Positions 9,501 through 22,100 of a DNA stretch of 64,000 nt are shown here, in pieces. A program made the position numbers and the translations under genes. Source of the DNA: Heterodontus francisci. Taxonomy: Eukaryota. How positions within the stretch are numbered: position 1 is the first letter of the stretch; every line of letters starts with the position of its first letter. The notes below the pieces were generated by a model, which was not told the origin of the DNA, ran no database searches, and saw only the letters and a list, made by a program, of their open reading frames with translations. The stretch is from contig NC_090378.1 of assembly GCF_036365525.1 (NCBI RefSeq), positions 123,241,593-123,305,592 of the forward strand, read 5' to 3'.

Positions 9501-12500
9501 TGGGTGTGTTACCCAGTACTGTCTGTAGGTGTGTGTCTCTGAGTGTGGGTGTGTTACCCAGTACTGTCTGTAGGTGTGTGTCTCTGAGTGTGGGTGTGTT
9601 ACCCAGTACTGTCTGTAGGTGTGTGTCTCTGAGAGTGGGTGCGTTCCCCAGTGCTGTCTGTAGGTGAGTGTCTCTGAGTGTGGGTGTGTTACCCAGTACT
9701 GTCTGTAGGTGTGTGTCTCTGAGTGTGGGTGTGTTACCCAGGACTGTCTGCAGGTGTGTGTCTCTGAGAGTGGGTGCGTTCCCCAGTACTGTCTGTAGGT
9801 GTGTGTCTCTGAGTGTAGATGTGTTACCCAGTACTGTCTGCAGGTGAGTGTCTCTGAGAGTGGGTGCGTTCCCCAGTACTGTCTGTAGGTGTGTGTCTCT
9901 GAGTGTAGGTGTGTCACCCAGTACTGTCTGTCGGTGTGTGTCTCTGAGTGTGGGTGTATTACCCAGTACTGTCTGCAGGTGAGTGTCTCTGAATGTGGGT
10001 GCGTTACCCAGTACTGTCTGTAGGTGTGTGTCTCTGAGTGTGGGTGTATTACCCAGTACTGTCTGTCAGTGTGTGTCTCTGAGTGTGGGTGTGTTACCCA
10101 GGACTGTCTGCAGGTGTGTGTCTCTGAGAGTGGGTGCGTTCCCCAGTACTGTCTGTAGGTGTGTGTCTCTGAGTGTGGGTGTGTTACCCAGTACTGTCTG
10201 TAGGTGCGTGTCTCTGAGTGTGGATGTGTTACCCAGTACTGTCTGTCAGTGAGTGTCTCTGAATGTGGGTGTGTTACCCAGTACTGTCTGTAGGTGTGTG
10301 TCTCTGAATGTGGGTGTATTACCCAGGACTGTCTGCAGGTGTGTGTCTCTGAGAGTGGGTGCGTTCCCCAGTACTGTCTGTAGGTGTGTGTCTCTGAGTG
10401 TGGGTGTGTTACCCAGTACTGTCTGTAGGTGCGTGTCTCTGAGTGTGGATGTGTTACCCAGTACTGTCTGTCAGTGAGTGTCTCTGAATGTGGGTGTGTT
10501 ACCCAGTACTGTCTGTAGGTGTGTGTCTCTGAGTGTGGGTGTGTTACCCTGTACTGTCTGTAGGTGTGTGTCTCAGAGAGTGGATGCGTTCCCCAGTGCT
10601 GTCTGTAGGTGTGTGTCTCTGAGTGTGGGTGTGTTACCCAGTACTGTCTGTAGGTGTGTGTCTCTGAATGTGGGTGTATTACCCAGTACTGTCTGTAGGT
10701 GAGTGTCTCTGAGTGTGGGTGTGTTACCCAGGACTGTCTGCAGGTGTGTGTCTCTGAGAGTGGGTGCGTTCACCAGTACTGTCTGTAGGTGTGTGTCTCT
10801 GAGTGTAGGTGTGTCACCCAGTACTGTCTGTCGGTGTGTGTCTCTGAGTGTGGGTGTATTACCCAGTACTGTCTGTCAGTGTGTGTCTCTGAGTGTGGGT
10901 GTGTTACCCAGGACTGTCTGCAGGTGTGTGTCTCTGAGAGTGGGTGCGTTCCCCAGTACTGTCTGTAGGTGTGTGTCTCTGAGTGTGGGTGTGTTACCCA
11001 GTACTGTCTGTAGGTGCGTGTCTCTGAGTGTGGATGTGTTACCCAGTACTGTCTGTCAGTGAGTGTCTCTGAATGTGGGTGTGTTACCCAGTACTGTCTG
11101 TAGGTGCGTGTCTCTGAGTGTGGGTGTGTTACCCAGTACTGTCTGTAGGTGCGTGTCTCTGAGTGTGGATGTGTTACCCAGTACTGTCTGTCAGTGAGTG
11201 TCTCTGAATGTGGGTGTGTTACCCAGTACTGTCTGTCAGTGTGTGTCTCTGAGTGTGGGTGTGTTACCCAGTACTGTCTGTAGGTGTGTGTCTCTGAATG
11301 TGGGTGTATTACCCAGGACTGTCTGCAGGTGTGTGTCTCTGAGAGTGGGTGCGTTCCCCAGTACTGTCTGTAGGTGTGTGTCTCTGAGTGTGGGTGCATT
11401 ACCCAGTACTGTCTGTAGGTGTGTGTCTCTGAGTGTGGGTGTGTTACCCAGTACTGTCTGTAGGTGTGTGTCTCTGAGTGTGGGTGTGTTACCCAGTACT
11501 GTCTGTAGGTGTGTGTCTCTGAGTGTGGGTGTGTTACCCAGTACTGTCTGTAGGTGTGTGTCTCTGAGAGTGGGTGCGTTCCCCAGTGCTGTCTGTAGGT
11601 GTGTGTCTCTGAGTGTGGGTGTGTTACCCAGTACTGTCTGTAGGTGTGTGTCTCTGAATGTGGGTGTATTACCCAGTACTGTCTGTAGGTGTGTGTCTCT
11701 GAGTCTGGATGTGTTACCCAGTACTGTCTGCAGGTGAGTGTCTCTGAGAGTGGGTGCGTTCCCCAGTACTGTCTGTTGGTGTGTGTCTCTGAGTGTAGGT
11801 GTGTTACCCAGTACTGTCTGTCGGTGTGTGTCTCTGAGTGTGGGTGTATTACCCAGTACTGTCTGTAGGTGAGTGTCTCTGAGTGTGGGTGTGTTACCCA
11901 GTACTGTCTGTCGGTGTGTGTCTCTGAGTGTGGGTGTGTTACCCAGTACTGTCTGTAGGTGTGTGTCTCAGAGAGTGGATGCGTTCCCCAGTGCTGTCTG
12001 TAGGTGTGTGTCTCTGAGTGTGGGTGTGTTACCCAGTACTGTCTGTAGTTGTGTGTCTCTGAATGTGGGTGTATTACCCAGTACTGTCTGTAGGTGAGTG
12101 TCTCTGAGTGTGGGTGTGTTACCCAGGACTGTCTGCAGGTGTGTGTCTCTGAGAGTGGGTGCGTTCCCCAGTACTGTCTGTAGGTGTGTGTCTCTGAGTG
12201 TGGATGTGTTACCCAGTACTGTCTGTAGGTGAGTGTCTCTGAGAGTGGGTGCGTTCCCCAGTACTGTCTGTAGGTGTGTGTCTCTGAGTGTAGGTGTGTC
12301 ACCCAGTACTGTCTGTCGGTGTGTGTCTCTGAGTGTGGGTGTATTACCCAGTACTGTCTGTAGGTGAGTGTCTCTGAATGTGGGTGCGTTACCCAGTACT
12401 GTCTGTAGGTGTGTGTCTCTGAGTGTGGGTGTATTACCCAGTACTGTCTGTCAGTGTGTGTCTCTGAGTGTGGGTGTGTTACCCAGGACTGTCTGCAGGT

Positions 12501-15500
12501 GTGTGTCTCTGAGAGTGGGTGCGTTCCCCAGTACTGTCTGTAGGTGTGTGTCTCTGAGTGTGGGTGTGTTACCCAGTACTGTCTGTAGGTGCGTGTCTCT
12601 GAGTGTGGATGTGTTACCCAGTACTGTCTGTCAGTGAGTGTCTCTGAATGTGGGTGTGTTACCCAGTACTGTCTGTAGGTGTGTGTCTCTGAATGTGGGT
12701 GTATTACCCAGGACTGTCTGCAGGTGTGTGTCTCTGAGAGTGGGTGCGTTCCCCAGTACTGTCTGGTAGGTGTGTGTCTCTGAGTGTGGGTGTGTTACCC
12801 AGTACTGTCTGTAGGTGCGTGTCTCTGAGTGTGGATGTGTTACCCAGTACTGTCTGTCAGTGAGTGTCTCTGAATGTGGGTGTGTTACCCAGTACTGTCT
12901 GTAGGTGCGTGTCTCTGAGTGTGGGTGTGTTACCCAGTACTGTCTGTAGGTGCGTGTCTCTGAGTGTGGATGTGTTACCCAGTACTGTCTGTCAGTGAGT
13001 GTCTCTGAATGTGGGTGTGTTACCCAGTACTGTCTGTCAGTGTGTGTCTCTGAGTGTGGGTGTGTTACCCAGTACTGTCTGTAGGTGTGTGTCTCTGAAT
13101 GTGGGTGTATTACCCAGGACTGTCTGCAGGTGTGTGTCTCTGAGAGTGGGTGCGTTCCCCAGTACTGTCTGTAGGTGTGTGTCTCTGAGTGTGGGTGTAT
13201 TACCCAGTACTGTCTGTAGGTGTGTGTCTCTGAGTGTGGGTGTATTACCCAGTACTGTCTGTAGGTGTGTGTCTCTGAGTGTGGGTGTATTACCCAGTAC
13301 TGTCTGTAGGTGTGTGTCTCTGAGTGTGGGTGTATTACCCAGTACTGTCTGTAGGTGTGTGTCTCTGAGTGTGGGTGTGTTACCCAGTACTGTCTGTAGG
13401 TGAGTGTCTCTGAGAGTGGGTGCGTTCCCCAGTACTGTCTGTAGGTGTGTGTCTCTGAGTGTAGGTGTGTCACCCAGTACTGTCTGTCGGTGTGTGTCTC
13501 TGAGTGTGGGTGTATTACCCAGTACTGTCTGTAGGTGAGTGTCTCTGAATGTGGGTGTGTTACCCAGTACTGTCTGTAGGTGTGTGTCTCTGAGTGTGGG
13601 TGTATTACCCAGTACTGTCTGTAGGTGTGTGTCTCTGATTGCGGGTGTGTTACCCAGTACTGTCTGTAGGTGTGTGTCTCTGAGAGTGGGTGCGTTCCCC
13701 AGTACTGTCTGTAGGTGTGTGTCTCTGAGTGTGGGTGTGTTACCCAGTACTGTCTGTAGGTGTGTGTCTCTGAGTGTGGGTGTGGTACCCAGTACTGTCT
13801 GTAGGTGAGTGTCTCTGGGTGTGGGTGCGTTACCCAGTACTGTCTGTATGTGTGTGTCTCTGAGTGTAGGTGTGTCACCCAGTACTGTCTGTCGGTGTGT
13901 GTCTCTGAGTGTGGGTGTATTACCCAGTACTGTCTGTAGGTGAGTGTCTCTGAATGTGGGTGCGTTACCCAGTACTGTCTGTAGGTGTGTGTCTCTGAGT
14001 GTGGGTGTATTACCCAGTACTGTCTGTCAGTGTGTGTCTCTGAGTGTGGGTGTGTTACCCAGGACTGTCTGCAGGTGTGTGTCTCTGAGAGTGGGTGTGT
14101 TACCCAGTACTGTCTGTAGGTGCGTGTCTCTGAGTGTGGATGTGTTACCCAGTACTGTCTGTCAGTGAGTGTCTCTGAATGTGGGTGTTTTACCCAGTAC
14201 TGTCTGTAGGTGTGTGTCTCTGAATGTGGGTGTATTACCCAGGACTGTCTGCAGGTGTGTGTCTCTGAGAGTGGGTGCGTTCCCCAGTACTGTCTGTAGG
14301 TGTGTGTCTCTGAGTGTGGGTGTGTTACCCAGTACTGTCTGTAGGTGCGTGTCTCTGAGTGTGGATGTGTTACCCAGTACTGTCTGTCAGTGAGTGTCTC
14401 TGAATGTGGGTGTGTTACCCAGTACTGTCTGTAGGTGTGTGTCTCTGAGTGTGGGTGTGTTACCCTGTGCTGTCTGTAGGTGTGTGTCTCAGAGAGTGGA
14501 TGCGTTCCCCAGTGCTGTCTGTAGGTGTGTGTCTCTGAGTGTGGGTGTGTTACCCAGTACTGTCTGTAGGTGTGTGTCTCTGAATGTGGGTGTATTACCC
14601 AGTACTGTCTGTAGGTGAGTGTCTCTGAGTGTGGGTGTGTTACCCAGGACTGTCTGCAGGTGTGTGTCTCTGAGAGTGGGTGCGTTCCCCAGTACTGTCT
14701 GTAGGTGTGTGTCTCTGAGTGTAGGTGTGTCACCCAGTACTGTCTGTAGGTGTGTGTCTCTGAGTGTGGGTGTATTACCCAGTACTGTCTGTCAGTGTGT
14801 GTCTCTGAGTGTGGGTGTGTTACCCAGGACTGTCTGCAGGTGTGTGTCTCTGAGAGTGGGTGCGTTCCCCAGTACTGTCTGTAGGTGTGTGTCTCTGAGT
14901 GTGGGTGTGTTACCCAGTACTGTCTGTAGGTGCGTGTCTCTGAGTGTGGATGTGTTACCCAGTACTGTCTGTCAGTGAGTGTCTCTCAATGTGGGTGTGT
15001 TACCCAGTACTGTCTGTAGGTGCGTGTCTCTGAGTGTGGGTGTGTTACCCAGTACTGTCTGTAGGTGCGTGTCTCTGAGTGTGGATGTGTTACCCAGTAC
15101 TGTCTGTCAGTGAGTGTCTCTGAATGTGGGTGTGTTACCCAGTACTGTCTGTCAGTGTGTGTCTCTGAGTGTGGGTGTGTTACCCAGTACTGTCTGTAGG
15201 TGTGTGTCTCTGAATGTGGGTGTATTACCCAGGACTGTCTGCAGGTGTGTGTCTCTGAGAGTGGGTGCGTTCCCCAGTACTGTCTGTAGGTGTGTGTCTC
15301 TGAGTGTGGGTGTATTACCCAGTACTGTCTGTCAGTGTGTGTCTCTCAGTGTGGGTGTATTACCCAGTACTGTCTGTAGGTGTGTGTCTCTGAGTGTGGG
15401 TGTATTACCCAGTACTGTCTGTCGGTGTGTGTCTCTGAGTGTGGGTGTGTTACCCAGTACTGTCTGTAGGTGTGTGTCTCTGAGTGTAGGTGTGTTACCC

Positions 15501-17709
15501 AGTACTGTCTGTAGGTGTGTGTCTCTGAGTGTGGGTGTGTTACCCAGTACTGTCTGTAGGTGTGTGTCTCTGAGAGTGGGTGCGTTCCCCAGTACTGTCT
15601 GTAGGTGTGTGTCTCTGAGTGTGGATGTGTTACCCAGTACTGTCTGTAGGTGAGTGTCTCTGAGAGTGGGTGCGTTCCCCAGTACTGTCTGTAGGTGTGT
15701 GTCTCTGAGTGTAGGTGTGTCACCCAGTACTGTCTGTCGGTGTGTGTCTCTGAGTGTGGGTGTATTACCCAGTACTGTCTGTAGGTGAGTGTCTCTGAAT
15801 GTGGGTGCGTTACCCAGTACTGTCTGTAGGTGTGTGTCTCTGAGTGTGGGTGTATTACCCAGTGCTGTCTGTCAGTGTGTGTCTCTGAGTGTGGGTGTGT
15901 TACCCAGGACTGTCTGCAGGTGTGTGTCTCTGAGAGTGGGTGCGTTCCCCAGTACTGTCTGTAGGTGTGTGTCTCTGAGTGTGGGTGTGTTACCCAGTAC
16001 TGTCTGTAGGTGCGTGTCTCTGAGTGTGGATGTGTTACCCAGTACTGTCTGTCAGTGAGTGTCTCTGAATGTGGGTGTGTTACCCAGTACTGTCTGTAGG
16101 TGTGTGTCTCTGAATGTGGGTGTATTACCCAGGACTGTCTGCAGGTGTGTGTCTCTGAGAGTGGGTGCGTTCCCCAGTACTGTCTGTAGGTGTGTGTCTC
16201 TGAGTGTGGGTGTGTTACCCAGTACTGTCTGTAGGTGCGTGTCTCTGAGTGTGGATGTGTTACCCAGTACTGTCTGTCAGTGAGTGTCTCTGAATGTGGG
16301 TGTGTTACCCAGTACTGTCTGTAGGTGCGTGTCTCTGAGTGTGGGTGTGTTACCCAGTACTGTCTGTAGGTGCGTGTCTCTGAGTGTGGATGTGTTACCC
16401 AGTACTGTCTGTCAGTGAGTGTCTCTTAATGTGGGTGTGTTACCCAGTACTGTCTGTCAGTGTGTGTCTCTGAGTGTGGGTGTGTTACCCAGTACTGTCT
16501 GTAGGTGTGTGTCTCTGAATGTGGGTGTATTACCCAGGACTGTCTGCAGGTGTGTGTCTCTGAGAGTGGGTGCGTTCCCCAGTACTGTCTGTAGGTGTGT
16601 GTCTCTGAGTGTGGGTGTATTACCCAGTACTGTCTGTAGGTGTGTGTCTCTGAGTGTGGGTGTATTACCCAGTACTGTCTGTAGGTGTGTGTCTCTGAGT
16701 GTGGGTGTATTACCCAGTACTGTCTGTAGGTGCGTGTCTCTGAGTGTGGATGTGTTACCCAGTACTGTCTGTCAGTGAGTGTCTCTGAATGTGGGTGTGT
16801 TACCCAGTACTGTCTGTAGGTGAGTGTCTCTGAGAGTGGGTGCGTTCCCCAGTACTGTCTGTAGGTGTGTGTCTCTGAGTGTAGGTGTGTCACCCAGTAC
16901 TGTCTGTCGGTGTGTGTCTCTGAGTGTGGGTGTATTACCCAGTACTGTCTGTAGGTGAGTGTCTCTGAATGTGGGTGCGTTACCCAGTACTGTCTGTAGG
17001 TGTGTGTCTCTGAGTGTGGGTGTATTACCCAGTACTGTCTGTAGGTGTGTGTCTCTGATTGCGGGTGTGTTACCCAGTACTGTCTGTAGGTGTGTGTCTC
17101 TGAGAGTGGGTGCGTTCCCCAGTACTGTCTGTAGGTGTGTGTCTCTGAGTGTGGGTGTGTTACCCAGTACTGTCTGTAGGTGTGTGTCTCTGAGTGTGGG
17201 TGTGGTACCCAGTACTGTCTGTAGGTGAGTGTCTCTGGGTGTGGGTGCGTTACCCAGTACTGTCTGTAGGTGAGTGTCTCTGAGTGTGGGTGTGTCACCC
17301 AGTACTGTCTGTAGGTGTGTCTCTGAGTGTGGGTGTATTACCCAGTACTGTCTGTAGGTGAGTGTCTCTGAATGTGGGTGCGTTACCCAGTCCTGTCTGT
17401 AGGTGAGTGTCTCTGGGTGTGGGTGCGTTACCCAGTACTGTCTGTAGGTGAGTGTCTCTGAATGTGGGTGCGTTACCCAGTACTGTCTGTAGGTGAGTGT
17501 CTCTGGGTGTGGGTGCGTTACCCAGTACTGTCTGTAGGTGAGTGTCTCTGAGTGTGGGTGTGTCACCCAGTACTGTCTGTAGGTGTGTCTCTGAGTGTGG
17601 GTGTATTACCCAGTACTGTCTGTAGGTGAGTGTCTCTGAATGTGGGTGCGTTACCCAGTACTGTCTGTAGGTGAGTGTCTCTGAGTGTGGGTGTGTTACC
17701 CAGTACTGT
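6565..17709. repeat. 45-bp tandem satellite, ~247 copies, with higher-order duplications
   Basis: Consensus GTTACCCAGTACTGTCTGTAGGTGTGTGTCTCTGAGTGTGGGTGT. One 1-bp insertion (~12766) and two 2-bp deletions (~17315, ~17585). Confidence 0.98.
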
Positions 17710-17849
17710 GGGTGTGTGTTGAAGACGGATAATGCTCCAGGGTTGAAGTCACAGATGAGTCCATGTGTCACTGGTTCCAGCCGTTATGGTGATGTGACAG
17801 GGCTGATAACCTGATTGGAGAAATTCAATGAAGATTTGTGGATAATAGG

Positions 17850-18315
17850 AACAATGAGGCAAAAATATGAAAAATCACTAAAAGTAGTGACACAGGTGAA
17901 TAAAGACTTAAACAAAGCAAATCAAGCAGCTGGATTTATTTCTAGAGGCTTCGAATTGAAAAGCAGTGAATTTCTGTTGAACTGCTGTACAATGTTGTTG
18001 AGGCCACACTCGACGTACACTGAACGGTTCGAGCCTCCATATTCTGAAAAGGATCTCGAGCCAGTGGAGAAGGTGCAAAATAGATTTACCAGAACTGAGA
18101 GGATAAACTGATCAGGAAAGGCTAAACAGGCTGGGGCTCTTTGGTGACCTCATGAATGTCTTTCAGGATATGAAGAGGTTTGATAGAGTAGATGTTGAGA
18201 AGATTCTTCCAATTGTGGGTGAGATCAGAACATACAATAATCAACATTAAATCCAATAGGGAATTCAGGAGCAACTTTTTTAACCAGAGAGAGGTTAGAA
18301 TGTGGAACTCATTCT
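17850..18315 (+). mobile_element. Old CR1 LINE 3' fragment
   Basis: LKVVTQVNK..KANQAAGFISRGFELKS..LLRPH..EKVQNRFTR and a degenerate FF.QR.V..WNS tail. Confidence 0.8.
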
Positions 18316-18541
18316 GGCAAACAACACCGAGAGACAGCAATGGTGTAAAATAATAGATTTTATTCTGTTTCATTGGACAGAAAACATTGTATACTGGAAA
18401 TTCATTGTTTTGCAGTCAGTCACCTCCTGATTTTAGCTGAGCAGAGACAGAGAAACGCTGACGGTGGGAAGACAGTAGAAATTGGAAACAGGAGGTTTGA
18501 AAGTGGATGAAACAGGATATTTAAATCCAAAATACCTGGAC

Positions 18542-18838
18542 TCACAGGACTGTTAGACCCTGTTCCCCCAATACTGCCAGCTCCCTGCTCCGCCCCCCCA
18601 ATACTGCCAGCTCCCTGCTCCCCCCCCCCAATACTGCCACTCCCTGTACCCTCCAATACTGCCACTCCCTGTACCCTCCAATACTGCCAGCTCCCTGTAC
18701 CCTCCAATACTGCCAGCTCCCTGCAGCCTCCAATACTGTCAGCTCAATGTCTACGAATTCCTGCTGGTACTGGCGCCGGAGGCTGTCACCCACCTCCCGG
18801 AGGACGCGGTTGAGCTTTCCCGGCATGGATGGTGGGAA
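18542..18838 (-). other. Putative exon/ORF with Bcl-2-family BH3-like motif, expanded by a ~26-28-bp minisatellite
   Basis: FPPSMPGKLNRVLREVGDSLRRQYQQEFVDI (LxxxGD core). Donor GTGAGT at 18545-18540, pyrimidine-rich acceptor at 18437, AATAAA at 18364-18359. Confidence 0.45.
18566..18745. repeat. ~26-28-bp minisatellite (ccaatactgccagctccctgtaccct), ~7 copies
   Basis: Direct inspection. Confidence 0.9.
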
Positions 18839-18864
18839 CTGATGAAATGTTTTATTACCTGCAT

Positions 18865-19100
18865 CCCCTTCACTCCCCCCGCTTCCCCTTCCCAGCTCCC
18901 CCCTCCCAGCTCACCCCCCCCAGCACCCTCTTACCCCACCCCCTCCCCCCTCGCAACCCCTTCCCAGCTCCCCCCTTGCACCATCTTCCCCCTGCACCCC
19001 CTTCGCCTGAACCCCCCCCACCCCTCTACAGCCCCCTTCCCAGCTCCCCCTCGCACCCCCTTCCCTCCACCCCTCCCCCTCGCACCCCCTCCTCCCACCG
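18865..19100. repeat. C-rich low-complexity tract (G-run rich on minus strand)
   Basis: Many C4-C9 runs. Confidence 0.85.
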
Positions 19101-22100
19101 GCATCCACCTAGCCCTGAGCAGGGGCCCTAACAACCCCACTGCCTTGTTGGCGTCTTGGGAGAGTCCAAGGCTAAGGCAGTAAACCCTAACAGAAATCCG
19201 GAGCGGAACCCCGTAGGCGGTCATGTGTCACTTTAGGCATGTTTCCGGCAGTTCCTGCAGCCATACCGGTGCCAAATATCGTGCTCTGCACTCCTTTGGA
19301 CCCCACCAGAAGGCCGAGAGGGGGGTTTTGACGCTTGGGCAACTCACAACCTCCATACATTCACCCAGGCAAGCGCCATGGAGAGGTCACTCCAAAGTCG
19401 CCTCACAGCAACCGAAACAACACGGAAGGCAACAGTTACAGGTTATAAGTCCAGCTCAATTGGCGTAGAGATTGGGCGCCACGGGTTGCCTTTGTCAGTG
19501 GAAGAGGTCATCGCACCTCAGTGGACAGCTACCGCCCGCCTCAAACCGGGAAGCCCCCAGTCAATAAGGTTCTGTCCCCCCACAGTCCACCTGCTTCAAT
19601 GGGTGCTTGGAGCTCAGGGTTATTGCCCGAAAAGCGGACTGCAACACTGCACCAAACAGCACGAAAAAAGGAAAGAAGGTACCAGCCCTTCGTTTTGCAA
19701 ACTGGAACGTCAGAACTATGTGTCCTGGCCTGTCGGAAGACCTTACACAAATCAACGATTCTCGGAAGACCGCCATCATTAACAACGAGCTCAGTAGACT
19801 CAATGTGGACATTGCAGCACTTCAGGAGACATGCCTCCCAGCGAGCAGATCTCTAACAGAGCAAGACTACACCTTCTTCTGGCAGGGTAGGGTTCCTGAA
19901 GAACTAAGACAGCATGGAGTGGGCTTCGCCATCAGAAACTCTTTGCTCAGCATGATAGAGCCACCTTCAAATGGCTCAGAACGCATACTGTCCATCCGAC
20001 TGCTCACCACCTCTGGTCCAGTACACCTACTCAGCATCTATGCTTCAACACTCTGCTCCCCACATGAAGATAAAGACCAGTTCTACGAGGAACTCCATAA
20101 TATCATTGGTAGCATCCCAAATACCGAACATCTGTTCCTGCTGGGGGACTTTAATGCCAGGGTTGGGGCCGACCATGACTCATGGCCCTCCTGCCTTGGG
20201 CGCTATGGCGTTGGAAGGATGAATGAGAATGGACAGAGACTGCTTGAGTTGTGTACCTATCATAACCTCTGCATCAACAACTCGTTCTTTCACACTAAAC
20301 CCTGTCACCAGGTTTCTTGGAGGCACCCAAGATCACGTCGTTGGCACCAGCTGGACCTCATCGTCACAAGGCGAGCCTCCTTAAACAGTGTTCAAATCAC
20401 ATGCAGCTTCCACAGTGCGGACTGCGACACCGACCACTCCCTGGTGTGCAGCAAGGTTAGACTCAAACCAAAGAAGCTGCATCACTCCAAGCAGAAGGGC
20501 CACCCGCGCATCAACACGAGCAGAATTTCTTATCCACAGCTGTTACAAAAATTTCTAAATTCACTTGGAAAAGCCCTTCAAAACAATCCCACAGGGGATG
20601 CAGAGACCAAGTGGGCCCACATCAGAGACGCCATTTATGAGTCAGCCATGACCACCTATGGCAAACGTGTGAAGCGGAATGCAGACTGGTTTCAATCTCA
20701 CATTGAAGAGCTGGAACCTGTCATAGCCACTAAGCGCATTGCACTGCTGAACTACAAAAAAGCCCCCAGCGAGTTAACATCCGTAGCACTTAAAACAGCC
20801 AGAAGCGCTGCACAAAGAACAGCCAGGCGCTGCGCAAATGACTACTGGCAACACCTATGCAGTCATATTCAGCTGGCCTCTGACACCGGAAACATCATTG
20901 GAATGTATGATGGCATTAAGAGAGCTTTTGGGCCAACCATCAAGAAGATCGCCCCCCTCAAATCTAAATGAGGGGACACAATCATTGACCAAAGCAAGCA
21001 AATGGACCGCTGGGTGGAGCACTACCTAGAACTGTACTCCAGGGAGAATGTTGTCACTGAGACCGCCCTCAATGCAGCCCAGTCTCTGCCAGTCATGGAT
21101 GAGCTGGACATACAGCCAACAAAATCAGAACTCAGTGATGCCACTGATTCTCCAGCCAGCGGAAAAGACCCTGGGAAGGACGGCATTATCCCTGAAATAA
21201 GCAAGAGTGCTAAGCCTGCCAAACTCTCAGCACTCTACGAACTGCTTTGCCTGTGCTGGGACGAGGGAGCAGCACCACAGGACATGCGCGATGCCAATAT
21301 CATCACCCTCTATAAGAACAAGAGTGACCGCGGTGACTGCAACAACTACCGTGGAATCTCCCTGCACAGCATAGTGGGGAAAGTCTTCGCTCGAGTCGCT
21401 TTAAACAGGCTCCAGAAGCTGGCCAAGCGTATGTAACCTGAGGCACAGTGTGGCCTTCGAGCAGAGAGATCGACCATTGACACGCTGTTCTCCCTTCATC
21501 AGCTACAGGAGAAATGCCGTGAACAACAGATGCCCCTCTATGTTGCTTTCATTGATCTCACCAAAGCCTTTGACCTCGGCAGCAGACGTGGTCTCTTCAG
21601 GCTACTAACAAAGATTGGATGTCCACCAAAGCTACTAAGTATCATCACCTCATTCCATGACAATATGAAAGGCACAATTCAGCATAACGGCACCTCATCA
21701 GACCCCTTTCCTATCCTGAGTGGCGTGAAACAGGGCTATGTTCTCGCACCTACACTGGTTGGGATTTTCTTCTCTCTGCTGCTCTCACACGCGTTCAAGT
21801 CTTCAGAAGAATGAATTTTCCTGCACACAAGATCAGGTGGCAGGTTTTTCAACCTTGCCTGTCTAAGAGCGAAGACCAAAGTACGGAAAGTCCTCATCAG
21901 GGAACTCCTCTTTGCTGACATCTCACACTGAAGAGTGCCTGCAGAGTCTCATCGACAAGTTTGCGGCTGCCTGCAATGAATTTGTCCTAACCATCAGCCT
22001 CAAGAAAATGAACATCATGGGACAGGACATCAGAAATGCTCCATCCATCAATATCGGCGACCACACTCTGGAAGTGGTTCAACTATCCCCAGTAACCTGT

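Noticed and set aside
6565-17709. CRISPR-like or ribozyme array
   Set aside because: No unique spacers and a eukaryotic context; no CUGANGA/GAAA core in the unit.
6540-17771. 500-700-aa ORFs (THPHSETHTYRQYWV)n and (CVSLSVGVLPSTVCR)n
   Set aside because: By-products of a 45-bp unit lacking stops in some frames. Point stops (8388, 10770, ~14986, 15346, 16426) and frameshifts occur freely, so there is no sign of coding constraint.
18829-19224. Pro-rich and Gly-rich ORFs
   Set aside because: Translations of a C-rich low-complexity tract.
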